DNA of 34,605 bases from an uncultured Gammaproteobacteria bacterium (GTDB lineage: Bacteria > Patescibacteriota > Microgenomatia > Levybacterales > GWA1-39-11): the NCBI GenBank assembly GCA_964490835.1, contig CAZBEA010000001.1:14870-49474 (forward strand), in the 5' to 3' direction. A program made the translations under genes and the position numbers. The notes below the pieces were generated by a model, which worked only from the letters and a program-made list of their open reading frames with translations, did not search any database and had not been told where the DNA came from. This document shows positions 33,827 to 34,605 of this stretch, piece by piece; position 1 is the first letter of the stretch, and each line of letters opens with the position of its first letter.

Positions 33827-34605
33827 ATGAAAGTAGCGCTTGTCCATGACTATATTAAGGAGTACGGTGGTGCCGAGCGTGTTTTAGAAGCTCTTCACGA
33901 AATGTATCCCGATGCACCTATCTACACCTCAGTATACTTGCCTGAATTTTTGGGACCACACAAGGCGAGGTTTCAAAAAATGCAAATTCACACTTCATTC
34001 TTTCAGTATATTCCGTTCAATCATAAATTACTTTCTCCGTTTCGACTCGTCTCGGCTCTGGCTTTTTATCTTTTTGATTTTTCAAAATATGATGTTGTGA
34101 TTGTTTCGCAAACCGGTGCGTTCTTCCCAAATAGTATTCGCAAGAAACACGCTCGTCTTATTTGTTATACCCACACGCCTCCACGATATTTATACGGATA
34201 TAAAACAGCGCGTGAAATCCCCCAAAATTTCTTTTTTAAAGGATTGATGCTCGTGATTTTTCATTTCCTTCGAATGATCGACTTTGCCTCAAGTAAGAAC
34301 GTTGATCAATTTCTGTCTAACTCGCGTGAGGTTCAGGCTCGAATTGAAAAATTCTACAGGCGTGATGCAACAGTAGTTTATCCACCAACAGACGTAAAAC
34401 CCAAAAAATCCGTCAAAAAAGGAAGTTATTATCTTGCCGGGGGGAGGCTCGCACGGGCAAAAGGAATTGATGTTATTGTTGATGCATTTATAGAAAACGG
34501 CCGCCAATTGAAAATATTTGGACGTGGATTTGCAGGATACGAGGAGGAACTGAGGGCTAAAGTAAAAAAGAACAAGGCAAAAATTGAATTTGTAGGCGAG
34601 GTAAA
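33827..34605 (+). CDS. Glycosyltransferase family 4 (GT-B), N-terminal ~259 codons; the gene runs off the right edge
   Basis: Absent from the ORF track because it is open-ended. The ATG at 33827 directly follows the exonuclease TAG. Hand translation gives MKVALVHDYIKEYGGAERVLEALHEMYPDAPIYT...SNSREVQARIEKFYRRDATVVYPP...GRLARAKGIDVIVDAF..., which matches the typical GT4 layout. Confidence 0.75.
   Translation, partial: MKVALVHDYIKEYGGAERVLEALHEMYPDAPIYTSVYLPEFLGPHKARFQKMQIHTSFFQYIPFNHKLLSPFRLVSALAFYLFDFSKYDVVIVSQTGAFFPNSIRKKHARLICYTHTPPRYLYGYKTAREIPQNFFFKGLMLVIFHFLRMIDFASSKNVDQFLSNSREVQARIEKFYRRDATVVYPPTDVKPKKSVKKGSYYLAGGRLARAKGIDVIVDAFIENGRQLKIFGRGFAGYEEELRAKVKKNKAKIEFVGEV

Noticed and set aside
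1-34605. Alternative genetic code (UGA reassignment), CRISPR arrays, IS elements, toxin-antitoxin or defence operons
   Set aside because: All conserved genes are intact under the standard bacterial code, with TGA used as a genuine stop (for example jag, murI, acyP and fba). I saw no spaced direct-repeat arrays, no transposase-like ORFs or terminal inverted repeats, and no small paired ORFs typical of TA modules.

Overview
The window is AT-rich and very tightly packed: stop/start overlaps, and convergent genes whose stop codons abut or overlap. Almost all of it is housekeeping. By inference it looks like a streamlined Patescibacteria/CPR-type bacterium, based on a DUF4012 giant protein, an orphan TraD-like ATPase, a stand-alone Pol I 5'-3' exonuclease, a short ValRS and many leader-poor genes. 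I support 34 CDS, including three not in the ORF track: rpmH, and a partial gene at each window edge. I also support 5 tRNAs, all on the + strand, plus a few promoter and terminator-like elements. Recognisable content includes rpmH-rnpA-yidC-jag and a broad cell-envelope set (FemAB-like, O-antigen-ligase-like, class A PBP, CvpA/CAP, DUF4012, glmS, ftsB, murI-murD, GT4). It also includes translation genes (valS, trpS, rplY, tRNAs), central carbon genes (gap, malic enzyme, class I FBA), ftsH, yidD, acyP, rnhA, a Xer-type recombinase and a NUDIX hydrolase. I see no CRISPR array, transposase, prophage block or recognisable defence operon, and no convincing new multi-gene system. The strongest anomalies are: (1) a sharply bounded single-gene G+C-rich island carrying class I fructose-bisphosphate aldolase, with a structured leader; (2) an orphan soluble TraD/VirD4-like ATPase; (3) a 70-nt initiator-like tRNA(CAT) with non-canonical D and T loops placed exactly at the +1 of a near-consensus promoter; and (4) a tRNA-Arg with anticodon GCG. 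All functional calls come from motif recognition by eye; no database search was run.
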